A stretch of DNA of 64,000 nt, taken from assembly GCA_000091205.1 (NCBI GenBank), contig AP006487.2; one strand, given 5' to 3'. The DNA is from Cyanidioschyzon merolae. Lineage: Eukaryota. Below are positions 44,308 to 56,329 of this stretch, piece by piece. The position numbers were made by a program, and so were the translations under genes. Positions within the stretch are counted from its first letter, which is position 1; each line of letters begins with the position of its first letter. The notes beneath the pieces were generated by a model. It worked only from the letters and a program-made list of their open reading frames with translations, was not told the origin of the DNA and made no database searches.

Positions 44308-45558
44308 GTGATTGATCAGCGCGGAACACCGACCCGTGCGCTCTGTTCGTGCATTCCGATTCTCTCTGGGAAGTTTCTCTCTCAGATGCACCGACTCGAT
44401 ATTCCAAGGGCCGGCACAAGGGCTGGTGGATGCATACATAGGTACGGGATGCTCGGTCTGTTTTCCCAAGCGACTTCAGCGACGCTTTCTCGCGGGAATT
44501 CGATACGTTACTGGCATCAAAATGGTTCATGGTAGGTCAGGACTCGGATTCAGAGTACTGCGGTTATCATGAGACCATGGAGACATACAGGGCTCCTCTC
44601 TGCTTTTTCACTGACATGCAGCATGCTCGAATCGCGCGTTCATCAAGTTTCCGATATTTCTGTTTCAGGTTGCTTTGTCGACACATCCATTCGCGCTGCG
44701 GAATGGATGAGGGGAACGGGAACGAAGATGCCCCTTGGCGATTTCCTCACAAGCTCCGGCAGCAAGCCCCCTGAATCTATCGCCTCAAACAATCGACTCG
44801 GTCTGAACGGCAAATCCCCCGCTCTTGGTGATCATCGACGGAACAACATTGGACGGCAGCATGAAACCTCCCACGGGAGATGATGCAGGACGCGTTCTTT
44901 CGTTCGGTGTTTGCCAGGAAGAAGACCACGGGATCGGAATGGATTCCAGTCAGCGATCGCTTCGAGTGGAGCGTGCTTCACTGCGTTGCCCGAACGAAGC
45001 GTGTTCAGATCGATATTCGTCGAATTGTTCTCCCGTTTTGGATGTTCGTTTCGGTACTTGTTTTTCCATGGTAAACATCGCGCTCCATAAACACTCTATC
45101 GAATGGAATAGCCTGTTCTTGCACGTCCAATAGACAGCGTGCTCGAGCAGGAAATCGCAAACGAGAAGCCTGTCATCGTTGCATGTTGCAGCGGGCGCGA
45201 AAACGAGCAAGCACATCGCGGGAAGCCTTCTGTACCAGTCGAGGGCATGTACCGAACGATGAAATGAGGTTTCACGCGCCACAGCGTTGTCGTCTTCCTC
45301 CTCAGCGGAGGACTAGGACTAGTTGGAGAAAGTTTGATATACTTATGAGAACACGCAACTACCGTGGATTGTCAGCGCTACGAAGCGCGCACCGATGCTT
45401 TATACAAAGCAGATGAAAATGGCAAGCAACGCTTACATCTCAACGAAAAGCTGCGCATCCAGTGTGTCGATAGCAGCTGTGCGTGTCGACATTGCGACTG
45501 GAACACCGCAATCAACATCCTTCGACTCCTGACAACAGAGCTGGAGGGGCAGGAATGA
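44308..45558 (+). pseudogene. decayed TnpB/Fanzor-like RuvC nuclease gene (copy B), multiple frameshifts
   Basis: The ORF at 44529 reads RCGMDEGNGNEDAPWRFPHKLRQQ. This is RuvC-I GxDxG followed by (P/I)RFxxKxxQ, compare copy A IRFLKGKQ and TnpB VRFKHEQ. The ORF at 44569 reads GDHRRNNIGRQHETSH, compare TnpB ARIHKRIVNKRQDFLHK. The ORF at 44825 reads MVIIDGTTLDGSMK, a RuvC-II region, compare EIIGTEHLKPDNM. The ORF at 45364 reads TTVDCQRYEARTDALYKADENGKQ...IQCVDSSCACRHCDWNTAINILRLL. This is LxYKAxxxGK plus zinc finger plus DxNxAxNI RuvC-III. Coordinates here are accurate only to +/-1 (see the track/sequence discrepancy in the summary). Confidence 0.55.
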
Positions 45559-45760
45559 CCGGCGTCTTTCATGCTGCAGAGAAGAGATAGAGGAAACGGA
45601 GCTAATCATACAAAACCCCGCAACAGGCTGGTGATGACGACAAAGTATACTGACCCAAACTTGAGCATGATCATCCGAATGAGAGCACCCGTCCCTTTCT
45701 AGTCTAACATGGGCGTCACGTGATGCACGCCGTATAAACGCCGGGAACTGGACCAGAGCG

Positions 45761-45862
45761 TCACCATCACCATCACTATCATCATCACGATCATTATCAT
45801 CATCACCATCACCGTCACTATCAGCATTGTCATCACCATCATCACTATCATTATCACCATCC
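45761..45862. repeat. imperfect (CATCAC/CATTAT)n hexamer-like low-complexity tract
   Basis: It reads tcaccatcaccatcactatcatcatcacgatcattatcatcatcaccatcaccgtcactatcagcattgtcatcaccatcatcactatcattatcaccatcc. On the minus strand it encodes a poly-Asp/Gly run inside a doubtful 210-aa ORF (45433..46065). It lies immediately 3' of Fanzor-like copy B. Confidence 0.8.
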
Positions 45863-46471
45863 TGGATTCGGATCGCGAGTGTACGCTTTACAGGGGCTGT
45901 CTCCGTGTATACCCTCGGATGAAGCAATCCAAAACCGCCTGACGTGTCGCACACTATATCCAGGGAACCGGAGTATCGCCTTCTTGGGTACGGCGTGCGA
46001 GCGCAGACTTGACACCAGATGCCTCCGCAATGAACATCAGGTAGAACAACCACAGCAGCAGACATAGCGTCCTACATACTGACCTCTATGTAACGGTAAA
46101 GCGGTACGCAGTCTGTTCTCTGATGATGTGCCAGGCGATGCTCCAGCGTCGCAGCATCGATGCACTGTGCTGCATCCTGCCCGCTGCTGGTCAGCTGCTG
46201 CTCTTGCAACTGCCACTGTTCCGAAGAGCAGACACGTGCTTCTCGTTTGCTGTTACTTTGCAAACAAAACTGCGCTCGTGTTCAAAACGACTCCATGAAA
46301 CAGCCCGTTGACGTGAACGGTGAGCGATCACGACGGACGCGCTGTAGCCCGCACAGCGACTCTGGACTAGCACCCATGCAATGATGACCATGATACATTA
46401 ATCTTTAAGACCTATGCACGTACAAAAGCATACACAAATCCAGACACCCCGCATTCTCGTTCCCGATAGCT

Positions 46472-46474
<3 letters not shown>

Positions 46475-46511
<37 letters not shown>

Positions 46512-46522
46512 GGAGAGAGAGA
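46475..46522. repeat. (CA)17(GA)6 compound dinucleotide microsatellite
   Basis: Direct read. It lies about 150 bp downstream of the stop of the CCCH zinc-finger gene, in the 3' flank. Confidence 0.95.
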
Positions 46523-46675
46523 TCCCCTAGTTTCCTGAAGAGCGTCGATGCGCTCGTCCGTGCCTGCGACTCGCGGTCACTCGCCACCGTTGTGCGGCAG
46601 CAGCATGGATCCAGTCCTCCGTCGACTTCGAGCTTGCTCCGTGGTAGGGCATACAAACACCGATCGTACGGGTCG

Positions 46676-48748
46676 TTAAGGTCGCTCCAGTGAGGGCGTG
46701 GGCGCTGCGGTGGCCGCTGTCGTGCGCTCCGGGTTCGTGGACCTCCCGGCGGCATGCTCGGATCCGGGTGTCGGTAACGATGTCGGATGCACTGCGGAAG
46801 CGCGCAACGGAGGTGAGAAATCATCCAGCCATTCTGCAGTTAGCTCAGGTTCGTTCGGTGTTCGCCCAACAGGCCAACTTGAGTACGGAGCGCTCGACGA
46901 TAGCGCCTTGGAATCGTTCGATGACCATACAGAAGCTTGCCACTCGTGCATTTCCCGGCCCGTGGTATAGACGGGGTCCGCCCCGGCGTCACGTCCAGGA
47001 CCCGCTTCGAGTCCACTGAACGACAGCCGGCCAGCGCTGACACCGTCTTCGTTCCATGATGAAGCCGGCTCTGTGCTCGGGCGCTGCGGACCCGACCAGT
47101 AACCCTGTGTTGTCCAGGTATTTGGCGGCACCGGGCTTGCAGCAAAAGGCACTGCGTTCACGTTCGTGCCCGGTGTACCGGGCACGTGGTCGCGCACATC
47201 CAACACGCTCGAAACCAGCGGTGCATGAAAACTTCTCGCGATGGACTCTCGAGTTGCCGAGGCCGGCGAGTGCCCCGTGGTGCCCCCTGGAATCGTTTTG
47301 CCCAGTGATGCATTACCTGCGATCGACAAGCAACCCGCCCCGCTGGTATCCGGTGTCGAGAACGAGTGTGGCGAACGTGCAGGCGGCAGGAGCGGCGGTG
47401 GCGGTAACGATCGATGAACCGGTGTTCCAGGTGCTGCATTGAAGGGTTTCAGTACAGGTTGACTGCGGCCGTGCGATAACCCGCGCTGGGACGGCGACCA
47501 CAGCAGCGGATCCGAACTTCGCTCCGCTGCACCTGGCCAACTGCCAACATGTTTCTCGGACGGCGTTTGTTCGCGTGGCGACGGCAGCGACCAGGAAAGC
47601 TCTGTGGGCGAGCACGTTGGTGCCGATCCAATGCTCACTGTGCTCTCTGCTCGGCACATGGTGTCGTCGTCACACGAGCGATGTTTTGGGACGCTGCTGG
47701 ACAACCAGGAGGATGCGGCATCCGCGGCTCGCTCGTGTTCGGAGCGGCGGCGAGCGTCACGCGGGGCTGCAGCCCCCACCGAACCGCTCACGTGATGCAG
47801 GCGCATAGGCCGCTCCGCGGGATCCAGTGCGGGATGGTTATACTTACAGCTGCTCCCATAAGGACATGAGCCGGTCATGACCCAGTCGAAGCAGTCACGA
47901 CGGTTGAGCGAATCAATCAGTCGTGCGTCTCGGGGCGGATGATTGAACTTGCAGCGAGCCCCGAACTGGCAGCGGCCAGTCTTCAGATAATGCAAACAAT
48001 CGGGTGCACCCTCGCGACACGGGTAGACGCCCGGTCGACTCGTGAGCTGGGCGGTGTTCGCGCCAGCCGACAGCATTCCAGCAGCACCCGACGCATTGTT
48101 TCTGGGTCCACTGGATGCATGACTTCGCGGAGCACCGCGTCGATCAGACATGGCGAGTGAGCTGCCGGGACTCGATACGCTCGCTGTTGTCGCTAGCGAG
48201 CTATTCGACGAGAACTTGGGTGAGCGCGGGTGAAGCGGAGACGATGCGCTGCTCCGTATGACCGGAGCCCCGGAAGCAGGAACATTCACGTTCGGGGATG
48301 GAGGCGCAGAGGCACGTCCCGCTCCAGTGCCGTTGGTCGGTGGGAGATTCGCACCTGGCGGCTCACGCCTTGGCCAACTAGTGGTGCCGGCCTCTGCTCG
48401 AGTGACTGGCCATTTTTGCTCTGCGACGTGACTAGAACCCAGAACGCTATCGAATGAAGACCCCAAGCTGCTGGAGTGGGCGGCTCCTGCAAGAGAGCGG
48501 CGGGCGCTCGGATACTGCTGCGTGTCCCGTGCGGAACCCGAGGTTTTCGGCCAACCCCCGGATTCATCTTTATCCACCAAACTCCATGCTCCCTGCAAGT
48601 CCAGACCAAACTCGAGTGGAGAATAGGAGCTTGCGGCGTTTTCACTCGCTACCGCCTCGGCAGCAGAAGCAGCCGTGTCCGTGCGATCCCAGGCAGGTAC
48701 GATACCCTCCGAGTTTCGCTCTAGCTGCACACGCTGTGCCATTCTCAC
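46676..48748 (-). CDS. tandem CCCH (C-x8-C-x5-C-x3-H) zinc-finger protein, likely RNA-binding
   Basis: Two fingers, [20 protein letters not shown] and [20 protein letters not shown], are separated by about 15 aa, a TIS11-like spacing. The rest is S/P/A-rich and disordered. Confidence 0.75.
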   Translation of the reverse strand: MRMAQRVQLERNSEGIVPAWDRTDTAASAAEAVASENAASSYSPLEFGLDLQGAWSLVDKDESGGWPKTSGSARDTQQYPSARRSLAGAAHSSSLGSSFDSVLGSSHVAEQKWPVTRAEAGTTSWPRREPPGANLPPTNGTGAGRASAPPSPNVNVPASGAPVIRSSASSPLHPRSPKFSSNSSLATTASVSSPGSSLAMSDRRGAPRSHASSGPRNNASGAAGMLSAGANTAQLTSRPGVYPCREGAPDCLHYLKTGRCQFGARCKFNHPPRDARLIDSLNRRDCFDWVMTGSCPYGSSCKYNHPALDPAERPMRLHHVSGSVGAAAPRDARRRSEHERAADAASSWLSSSVPKHRSCDDDTMCRAESTVSIGSAPTCSPTELSWSLPSPREQTPSEKHVGSWPGAAERSSDPLLWSPSQRGLSHGRSQPVLKPFNAAPGTPVHRSLPPPPLLPPARSPHSFSTPDTSGAGCLSIAGNASLGKTIPGGTTGHSPASATRESIARSFHAPLVSSVLDVRDHVPGTPGTNVNAVPFAASPVPPNTWTTQGYWSGPQRPSTEPASSWNEDGVSAGRLSFSGLEAGPGRDAGADPVYTTGREMHEWQASVWSSNDSKALSSSAPYSSWPVGRTPNEPELTAEWLDDFSPPLRASAVHPTSLPTPGSEHAAGRSTNPERTTAATAAPTPSLERP

Positions 48749-51700
48749 TAGTTACACGCCCGCAATTCAGAATACACGGAGTCAACAGATCGGCTCCACC
48801 CAAGAAAACTGTGCAAAAGATACAAAACTCTTGTCCAGGAAGCGAGTACGCCCCGCGAAAGCTCCCGGAACAAAAAAGCGCTTCAGAGGGCACGGAGCTA
48901 CCGCGCACCCTAGTCTGTGCGGTAGCAAACTTTGCGTCGTGTACGCTCTATGCTCGCCAGTCCGCTGCCTGAATAGACACAAGACAACACACCAGAGCAG
49001 TGCGTGCGGTACACGCGCACCAAAAAAAAACGACGAATGACGTTACACTCAAAGCTCGTGGAGTCTCTGCCAGAAGCGCTCCTAACGAGCGCTGCCGGAC
49101 TCGCGTGCCCGTTGCACGTCACCACCCTCAGATGCATTATTGTACATGATTGTACTAAATGGAACCGTTTCTAAGAATCTCCTGGTGGCGGCAAGCGCAC
49201 TGCGCCTCTCGTGATCGGGTTCGTGACGCGCGCACGCAGCATCTCGCCACCGGAGTCGGCAGGCGTCGTTGACGGACAGCGCGCGTGTCACGCAAGCGCC
49301 TGGCGTCGCTCCGGCACGCAGCGCGGCTGAACGGAGGCACGCAGGATGTCGCCACTGGCGTCGCTGCGGCACGCGATGCCCATGAGGCGCAGCCAGGTCG
49401 CAGTGCGCGCTAGCTGACGGGCTCAATAGGACTCTTGCACGCGCATGCAAGCGGAACCGGCGCTATGGGCTGTGCACGAGCAAGGCAGATCACGGTCGTG
49501 ACATGTGTACAGGAGCAGGATTCGAGCTTCTGCATCGGGCCTGGACATTGCCTGTGCAAACGCGAACGGAAAAGATGTCGACGCTGTAGGCGGCGTTTCG
49601 TGTGCCAGCTGCCGACGACGCATGGCGCACGGTAATGCGCAGGCATGTCGGGAAAAACTGGAACAGGCCCTGTAACTCGGGTATACATTCTAAAGTTTGG
49701 GTATCTTCCTGCGATTGTCAATTGCAGGTGTTGCAGGATTTTCTGTCACTGATTCTTTACCTCTCTCTTGTCTCCGCCCGTATATACGACAGTCGATACT
49801 GACCAGCCAGCTTCGATGTCAGGATTCGAAGGGTGTTGACGGTGGCACGCAAGTGCCGAGTTCACGGCGTCCGGCTGTTGCCCAGGCATTTCATGCACTA
49901 GTGAAAGTTACGATCTAGGCTTCGGTTGCCGAATTCACCTTCCATGTATACAGGCCTGGTGCGTTCTTTTGGAGCGATGACGTACCCGGTTGTGATCGGG
50001 TGTTCAGTGATGTCTAACGCGCCTCTTCCTCCGAGTGCTGCCCTGTGGCGCGCAAACGCTTGCTTTATTGCCTGATACTCGTACTTGGCGGGTACGAAAG
50101 GCCCCTTTGGATGCCGTCCTCAGTTTCCTCGCCAGCCGCGGCACCCTGCGATGACGGCATTCTTGTGCGCGATTCCATCGGCGCGTACGATGCCCGTTGC
50201 ACACACCAAAAGCGGCTGCAGCCCACTTGGTGGAGGATTTGTGAAACGTGGTGTTTTCCATGATGAAACAAGTGCCGGACGGCGAAGGCTCGTCGGAGAA
50301 CAAATCGAGAGCTCATGATCCGTGTACACTACCCTGGTGCAAATTGGTGAAGAACGATGCACTGGAAGCGATCGCTGCGATGACTCATATCCGAGTTTCA
50401 GACATTTTCGCATGCAAACCGGAGGAGTGCGAGCCTCAGGGAACATGTCACATGACGCACCCCGCACTGGGTTCGAATCCCGTTTTATCGATGTTCACAC
50501 CGAGAGGACGTGTCTCCTTTACAAACGAGATCAACGATTTGACGCGACAGGTCCAGTGAACCTTTGGGATGCGCTGGTGAACAAAGCGTCAAGAGACGAC
50601 ATCGATGATCTTGCTGTTTTACTCCTGCCACGCAAATCGCTTCGCCCACGATCAGCCTTGAAACAGAGAGGTCGATAACGTGAAGTATACGTGATTTGAA
50701 CATTCTGCACATGAAGAGAGGAGAGGAGTCGATGCTTGTACGTACGCTTTGAATGATCATATTTGTTATGTTGTATGCCCGTATTCAAGGGAGTCATGAA
50801 TCATGGCAATTCCGATGACGCTAAGAATTCCAGTGTTCAAGCGTCGGAGGAGCCTTTCCAAAACGAAGACCGAGACACCCGAACCTGCGTTTGAGTCCAA
50901 AAAAACCCGGACTGCTGCACTGGTACTGTCGAAGATGTACTTGTACAAAAGAATCAAAAGCCAAGAACACACCATGCAGTTCAGCGTTCTATTCTAAACT
51001 GAGACAAGCGTAGATTCGATTTGTGCGAGATAATCCTTTCGTTCTGGATAGAATGCATTCCTGCAGGAAGACCGCGGAAAGCACCACGATTCAGTCAATC
51101 TGGACACCATGCTCTCCAGCTGACTTTTGATTTACGGTCCTAGTCGTTTCAAACACCAGGTCGGGACGACTCCGGGCAGCTCGATACCCCCGTGAAAGCG
51201 CAAGCGTAGCGGCCAGAGAACGCTGGAGCGCAGGCGTGTTCTGACCCAGGGCGGGCAGCAGCGTCTCGAGACGGTGCAGAGCGGCGAGCAGCGCAGGCGC
51301 TCGACGACCCCAACAAGGAGATAGCGTCGCCGTTCCGTTTCTGTGCGATGTCTGCGGTAGCGCTATAGGATTCATTGCCGGCGCCCGCGCGACAGAATGC
51401 ACGGAGCGTGTTCCCAAAAGTAAAGCAGAGTTCGGAACCGGTGAAACTCGGATGTATGGTGCGGAATAATGGGTGCTCTCCCGAACGGAAGCGACACTCT
51501 GGCAGTCGGGTGTCTCTTTGTTCGTGAGAACGATACGACAACTATACGTGCCTCGTGAAACAAAAAATATTTCACGAACTTGTCGGGTACATGAATATGC
51601 CCACGCGCAGACGCGTCCCAGCATTGTTTTACCGACCGACGGCTATCGGCTTCAGTTTCTAATTGAACACTTCAACTCTGGGAAGCAGCCCCACAAAGTT

Positions 51701-52513
51701 GGATCGCAACAGCTTCTCGGGCATCGTCTTCCGCACCGCACATCATCTGATACGGAGAGCGTTGTTAAAGTCCCGGTTACCGAATTCCATTCGTCAATTG
51801 CCTCTGGTTGAACGCACCAATGCAAGGATTCCTACAATTCGAACCAACTGAACAACTACAGACTCTTCATCGCTCCCTCAGGGAAACACAGTTTCTCGCC
51901 TATCTCCCATGTTCTTCACCTGCTTTTCCTCGCTCGATAGTAGCCGAAACGAGGATTCTCTCGTTCTTTTCCAGCAGCCAGCGATGCAGGCCTTCCAGAA
52001 TCCTCGACTTGCAAGTCCAAGCCTTTCCCTTTGATTTTTGTTTCTTCAATATGAACGCAATTCGAACGCGTCAGCTATAAAGGCGCCAAACAGCATGTGC
52101 GCACACGCTCCCGGGGGCGAAGCTCTGGTGCGATGAAAGCCCTGCGCAAAACTCGCGGATCGGTGCGGCGCATCGCCCTGCAGGCGCGATTGCTGTCGCT
52201 TTCGGCAGGCTCGTCACACGATAGGACGTATGAAACGACCAGAATATCCGAGATGAAGTATAGGTAATGCAACTTGGGAATAGGGGGTTGATGGATACCT
52301 CACCGCGCACTGAAACAAACACACATAAAAAAGTAAGAGAAGAAAAATGCGCATAATCGGAGAACGCTGGCCTAGGGAAACGTTTTGTGCATGAAAAAAA
52401 TCGCCCTGCAGGTCCATGACATCAATCCTTCCTTTTTATAAACCTTTAGGTATATAGCGGCCACAGGGTTCGCAAACGCTCCAGCGGCGCGCCAATTCAA
52501 ATCCGATCGTGTA

Positions 52514-53425
52514 ATGGTGCGCGCAGCACGCGTTCGCTTACCAGCTACCAGGGGGCAGGCAGTGCCGCACGAGCACGCTTGCGGTGAGCAGGTCTCCATG
52601 GTGCGCGTGTTTGGGAACCCCGTCGGGGGTGCGCATCAATACCGTCAGACTCAGGCGTTGAACCGCGATGAGTCTCTTAGAGAACAGCTACAAAGAACGA
52701 CTGTGGCGGAGCAGGATGAAAACATTGAGCCAGAACCTGAACGCAGTTCACCGGACGAGGCACAGTCGCGCCTCAAGTCGCTGCTGGGGAGCGTCGCACG
52801 CTCCAGTTCACTGCTCGGTCGACGCGTGGCCGGTCCGCCCGGCTCGTCGTTATCGAATCTAGCGGAGACGAGGCTTCTCACGGAAGAAGCGGCAAACAGG
52901 CCTACTGGCGCGGGACGCAGCGAACGCGTCTCAGCCGGCAGAGCGGAGCCGTTGCCACCGGGACCCACCACCGCCACTACCAACGCTGATGCGAATACAG
53001 TTCAGCGAGGGCTATCTGTGGCGAGCGCGTTTCCACCTCGAGCACCGCTGCAAGCCGCCGGTTTCACTGTCGCGCGACGGACGACACGGTCTGGTGTACA
53101 ACGCAAGCACCGCTTCCGGCCCGGATCACGTGCTATCATGGAGATTCGCAAGTTCCAACGCTCCACGGAGTTGCTGCTCCGCCGTTTACCGTTCGCGCGC
53201 CTTGTACGAGAGATTTGTGAGCGTTTGTTTGGAAGCTCCGCGTTCCGCTGGCAGGCAAGTGCGCTCGAGGCATTGCAAACCGCAGCAGAGGATTATCTCA
53301 TACACCTCTTCGAAGACAGCAATCTTTGTGCAATCCACGCTCGCCGAGTGACCATCATGCCGCGAGATATCGCCCTTGCACGAAGAATTCGTGGCTATCA
53401 TAGCGATCCGCACGGGTACCTCTGA
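52514..53425 (+). CDS. CENH3: divergent histone H3 variant; candidate centromeric H3 (CenH3/CENP-A)
   Basis: The C-terminal histone fold reads [95 protein letters not shown]. Canonical H3 reads [39 protein letters not shown]...[30 protein letters not shown]. The roughly 200-aa N-terminus is not H3-like (no ARTKQTARK). Loop1 and alpha2 are divergent. The true start Met is probably internal. Confidence 0.6.
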   Translation: MVRAARVRLPATRGQAVPHEHACGEQVSMVRVFGNPVGGAHQYRQTQALNRDESLREQLQRTTVAEQDENIEPEPERSSPDEAQSRLKSLLGSVARSSSLLGRRVAGPPGSSLSNLAETRLLTEEAANRPTGAGRSERVSAGRAEPLPPGPTTATTNADANTVQRGLSVASAFPPRAPLQAAGFTVARRTTRSGVQRKHRFRPGSRAIMEIRKFQRSTELLLRRLPFARLVREICERLFGSSAFRWQASALEALQTAAEDYLIHLFEDSNLCAIHARRVTIMPRDIALARRIRGYHSDPHGYL

Positions 53426-54746
53426 GCACGGACGCGCGGCATTTACGTTGCCCGGTGCGAATCGCACACCGAAGCCAGCCGCCTGCGCACGCAGCGTTGT
53501 GGTGCCTCTTGCCAGTGCCTATATCTGGCATGGAACTGGTGGGAGCGGCGGCGGCGGCGGCGGCGGCGCTCAAAGTGCCGATGCAGCCACGGAGACGCAA
53601 CGTGGATGTATGCGTAGATGCACCAGAATCTCACGACAAGCATGCCGCTGCGCATGCGTTCGTATGACGCCCGAACTGGAGCGTCGCTGCGGCGAATACT
53701 CACGACCTCGGGACATAGACCGATGCCTATCGCTCGACGCTAGAAGACGTGCATCTAGAACGCATCTGGTACGCGTTTGAATCCGTGGCATTTTTTGGTG
53801 ACATGATCTGGTTGAAAAGCTCGTGTGCACGAACTCTATCAGAAGCCGTCATTCAGGGCTAGCGTCATTCCAGATCATCATGCGTTTATGGCATGATGTT
53901 CATGAAACTGCAGGGCATGAACAAGTGGCTTGTGCGTTCGAATGCGGTCCGCTGCAGCCGGCGTCGTGTGCTATAAGCAAGCCGACAAGCGGATGCAGTG
54001 AATACACGTGCGCGCTCGCTGGTCTGGCGATGCAACATCGCATATGTGCAGCTCATCCCTTTTGGATTGCATGAAGCACGCGTAGAATGCGGCGCTCGCT
54101 ACCCGGATGGTGCCTGCGTACGTTGCATGCCAGCCGAGGCCACTCGACATGCAATTCGAGATGCCGGCTATCAGAAGCATGATGAGCGTCCAAAGCGCAC
54201 TGCAGAGCTCTCTTCGGGAATTTCGTCGTTCGTTGCAATCGACTTGTGCAACTTTTTTGACGCCTGCATCGTGACCAACGTTACGTATGACTATATGCAG
54301 CACCCGATTCGTTTCTGCAACAGACGGGCAACTCAGCTCTTCCGCTCTCAAGCGTGCGTCCTAACCACTCACCTCGAATATCGATTGTCGGCCGGTATCC
54401 GGTTACCGTGAACCACAGCGCATGCGGCTGACGTTGCAAAAGAAAGCTTGCGCCGCCTCTAAACCTGCAGCCGATACGCATTCTCGGTAAGTCGAGTTCG
54501 GCCAATGTGCGCTCGTCGTCAACGAATCATCGCAGCGGGCGTGCCTCTGCGACTCGACGTATACCTATACGTACGAAACGTATCACCAAACGAGATGCCA
54601 GCCGATGCACCGGACGGCGGCTTTGCACATCATCGCGTAGAACGCTCTACACACACACACCCATACACACAGAAGCAAACGCCCAGAAACATGAACAAGT
54701 AGCCGCCACCGCTTTACAGATCAAACCAACGCATCATGAACTCCCG

Positions 54747-56267
54747 TTAATGACCCTGATAGTAGTCTTTGGAATACAGCAAAAAAAGCAATGCGGGTCC
54801 AAAGAACATTCCGAACCAGAAGAAGAGGTTCGCTCCACGCCGCATGAGCGGCTTGTTCGACGTTTTCGCCGGTATGAGCTTCGCCATGTATATGAGCGGA
54901 ATCTGTAACATCATGAGCGTGAACATCCAGACCCGCACTCGCAGAAAAGTTATGCTCAGCAACATTTCATGAAAAATGGCGCTGAACAGGAACACGAACA
55001 TCTGCGCGATGGCCTTGGGATAGCGCTGCTTCACCAAACAGCGGTACACGTGCAGGTAGAGCCAGTCGTGAACTGGTCGATTCCATTTGCGGGAAAACTC
55101 GCTCAGATTGGTGCTGTTCCACCAGTCCTCGTAAAAGCGCCGATCACCGAAGTACGTCACTTCGGCAAACACGTTCAGGATCACCTCGAAGGTCACCGTG
55201 AAAAGCATTGTCCAGAGCAGCACAGCCGGTATCATGAGCTCCACGATGAACTCCACGTTCGATAGCTCGTTGACCTGTTTAAACACCGGCAGCATGGAAT
55301 AGACGACGAGCTCGTAGATGAGGAACATGCAGCCCAGTGCCTGGAGCGTGCGCCGCACCAAAAAGTCGACCCGAATGCGGGGTGAATGCGGGTAACCCTC
55401 AATGCGGTAGACCAGCGTGGGGATAACCAAAAAGTACAGGAAACGTCGCAGGCTGACGAGTTCGGGGCACAGGGACTGGCGTTCTAGTTGGACAGCGCGA
55501 ATACCAAAATAGTAGGAATGGTTTTTCAGGAGCAGCGAAAGGCTCTGAAGTCCAATGAAAAAGGCGGGTACCGGTGAAAGCGAGCGCTGAAAGAAGACCT
55601 TATAGGGCACCAAAAGATGGATGCCACAGGCGAAACGATAGAGCAACTCTCGAAGCGGAACCGATATCCAACCGTTGGCGGCGAGCCAGTGCAGGACAAA
55701 CACCGAAAAGGAGCCCACGACCATTGCGGCATAGAGTAGCAACGTGCTCACTGCGCCGTCCAGTGACCACATCAAGAACTCGAGATCCAAGGGCGGCTTC
55801 CCGCGGATATAGTTCAGCAGCAGTGGACGCAGCGCCAGTACCGCGATAATGAGAAAGAGGAGGTTGGTGAATCCCCACAGAACAGCTGTCGTCACTTCAT
55901 TATCGTCCCAAAAATCTTTCTCCGGGAGACGAGAGTTCTCCAGATGTGTCGTCACCTCTTGTATGAGCGATGGCTGCAGCTCATATTTGCCTTTGCTGGG
56001 ACGATGCCACAGCGGCGTGAAACGTCCATGCGAACCGAACGAAAATGAGCGAGGCGTTTCGAGCTCTTGCTCGGTCTCCGTATCGTGCGCAGTGCCGCCC
56101 CGCTTCACGTGCCGTGCGGCAGCGGAGGACGCTGCCTCAGTTTCGGAGGTTACGGCGAGCAGCGCGCCGAACTCTCCGGTACCGGCTGCCTCGGTGGTAT
56201 GCTCATCGGCAGTCAACACCTGGCCTGCAACTGCTGTAGAGGCAACGGAGTTCTGACGTCGACGCAT
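54747..56267 (-). CDS. DGAT1: diacylglycerol O-acyltransferase 1 (MBOAT family)
   Basis: FGDRRFYEDWWNSTNLSEFSRKWNRPVHDWLYLHVY matches the DGAT1/ACAT FYxDWWNS motif. SAIFHEMLLSITFLRVRVWMFTLMMLQIPLIYM, with the catalytic His, is closest to DGAT1 [32 protein letters not shown]. It is multi-pass hydrophobic. Confidence 0.8.
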   Translation of the reverse strand: MRRRQNSVASTAVAGQVLTADEHTTEAAGTGEFGALLAVTSETEAASSAAARHVKRGGTAHDTETEQELETPRSFSFGSHGRFTPLWHRPSKGKYELQPSLIQEVTTHLENSRLPEKDFWDDNEVTTAVLWGFTNLLFLIIAVLALRPLLLNYIRGKPPLDLEFLMWSLDGAVSTLLLYAAMVVGSFSVFVLHWLAANGWISVPLRELLYRFACGIHLLVPYKVFFQRSLSPVPAFFIGLQSLSLLLKNHSYYFGIRAVQLERQSLCPELVSLRRFLYFLVIPTLVYRIEGYPHSPRIRVDFLVRRTLQALGCMFLIYELVVYSMLPVFKQVNELSNVEFIVELMIPAVLLWTMLFTVTFEVILNVFAEVTYFGDRRFYEDWWNSTNLSEFSRKWNRPVHDWLYLHVYRCLVKQRYPKAIAQMFVFLFSAIFHEMLLSITFLRVRVWMFTLMMLQIPLIYMAKLIPAKTSNKPLMRRGANLFFWFGMFFGPALLFLLYSKDYYQGH

Positions 56268-56296
56268 TCGCGTTCAGTGACGCTCGAACCTATCCT

Positions 56297-56329
56297 GGTG
56301 GTGGTGGTGGTGGTGGTGGTGGTGGTGGT
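56297..56329. repeat. (GGT)11 microsatellite in the DGAT1 / RPC2 divergent intergenic region
   Basis: Direct read ggtggtggtggtggtggtggtggtggtggtggt, 30 bp upstream of the DGAT1 start on the opposite strand. Confidence 0.95.

Noticed and set aside
44878-45880. Apparent one-base disagreement between the displayed sequence and the ORF track. The track ends an ORF at 44881-83 where the displayed text reads agaATGATG through. ORFs between about 44880 and 45560 sit one base earlier than my count. Agreement returns by 45879.
   Set aside because: I cannot tell from here which is correct. I treat it as a +/-1 nt coordinate uncertainty and, at most, a hint of indel ambiguity inside the decayed Fanzor-like copy B. 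It does not change any call.
45433-46065. 210-aa minus-strand ORF rich in Asp/Gly (DGDNDSDDGDDNADSDGDGDDDNDRDDDSDGDGD).
   Set aside because: Half of it is the translation of an imperfect hexamer repeat. It overlaps the 3' tail of Fanzor-like copy B on the other strand. It is more likely low-complexity noise than a gene.
50440-50480. GGGTTCGAATCCCG, a perfect tRNA T-arm-like 11-mer, suggesting a tRNA gene.
   Set aside because: Upstream sequence cannot be folded into an anticodon stem, D-arm or acceptor stem (positions 27-31/39-43 and the acceptor strands do not pair). It is probably a chance match or a tRNA-derived fragment.
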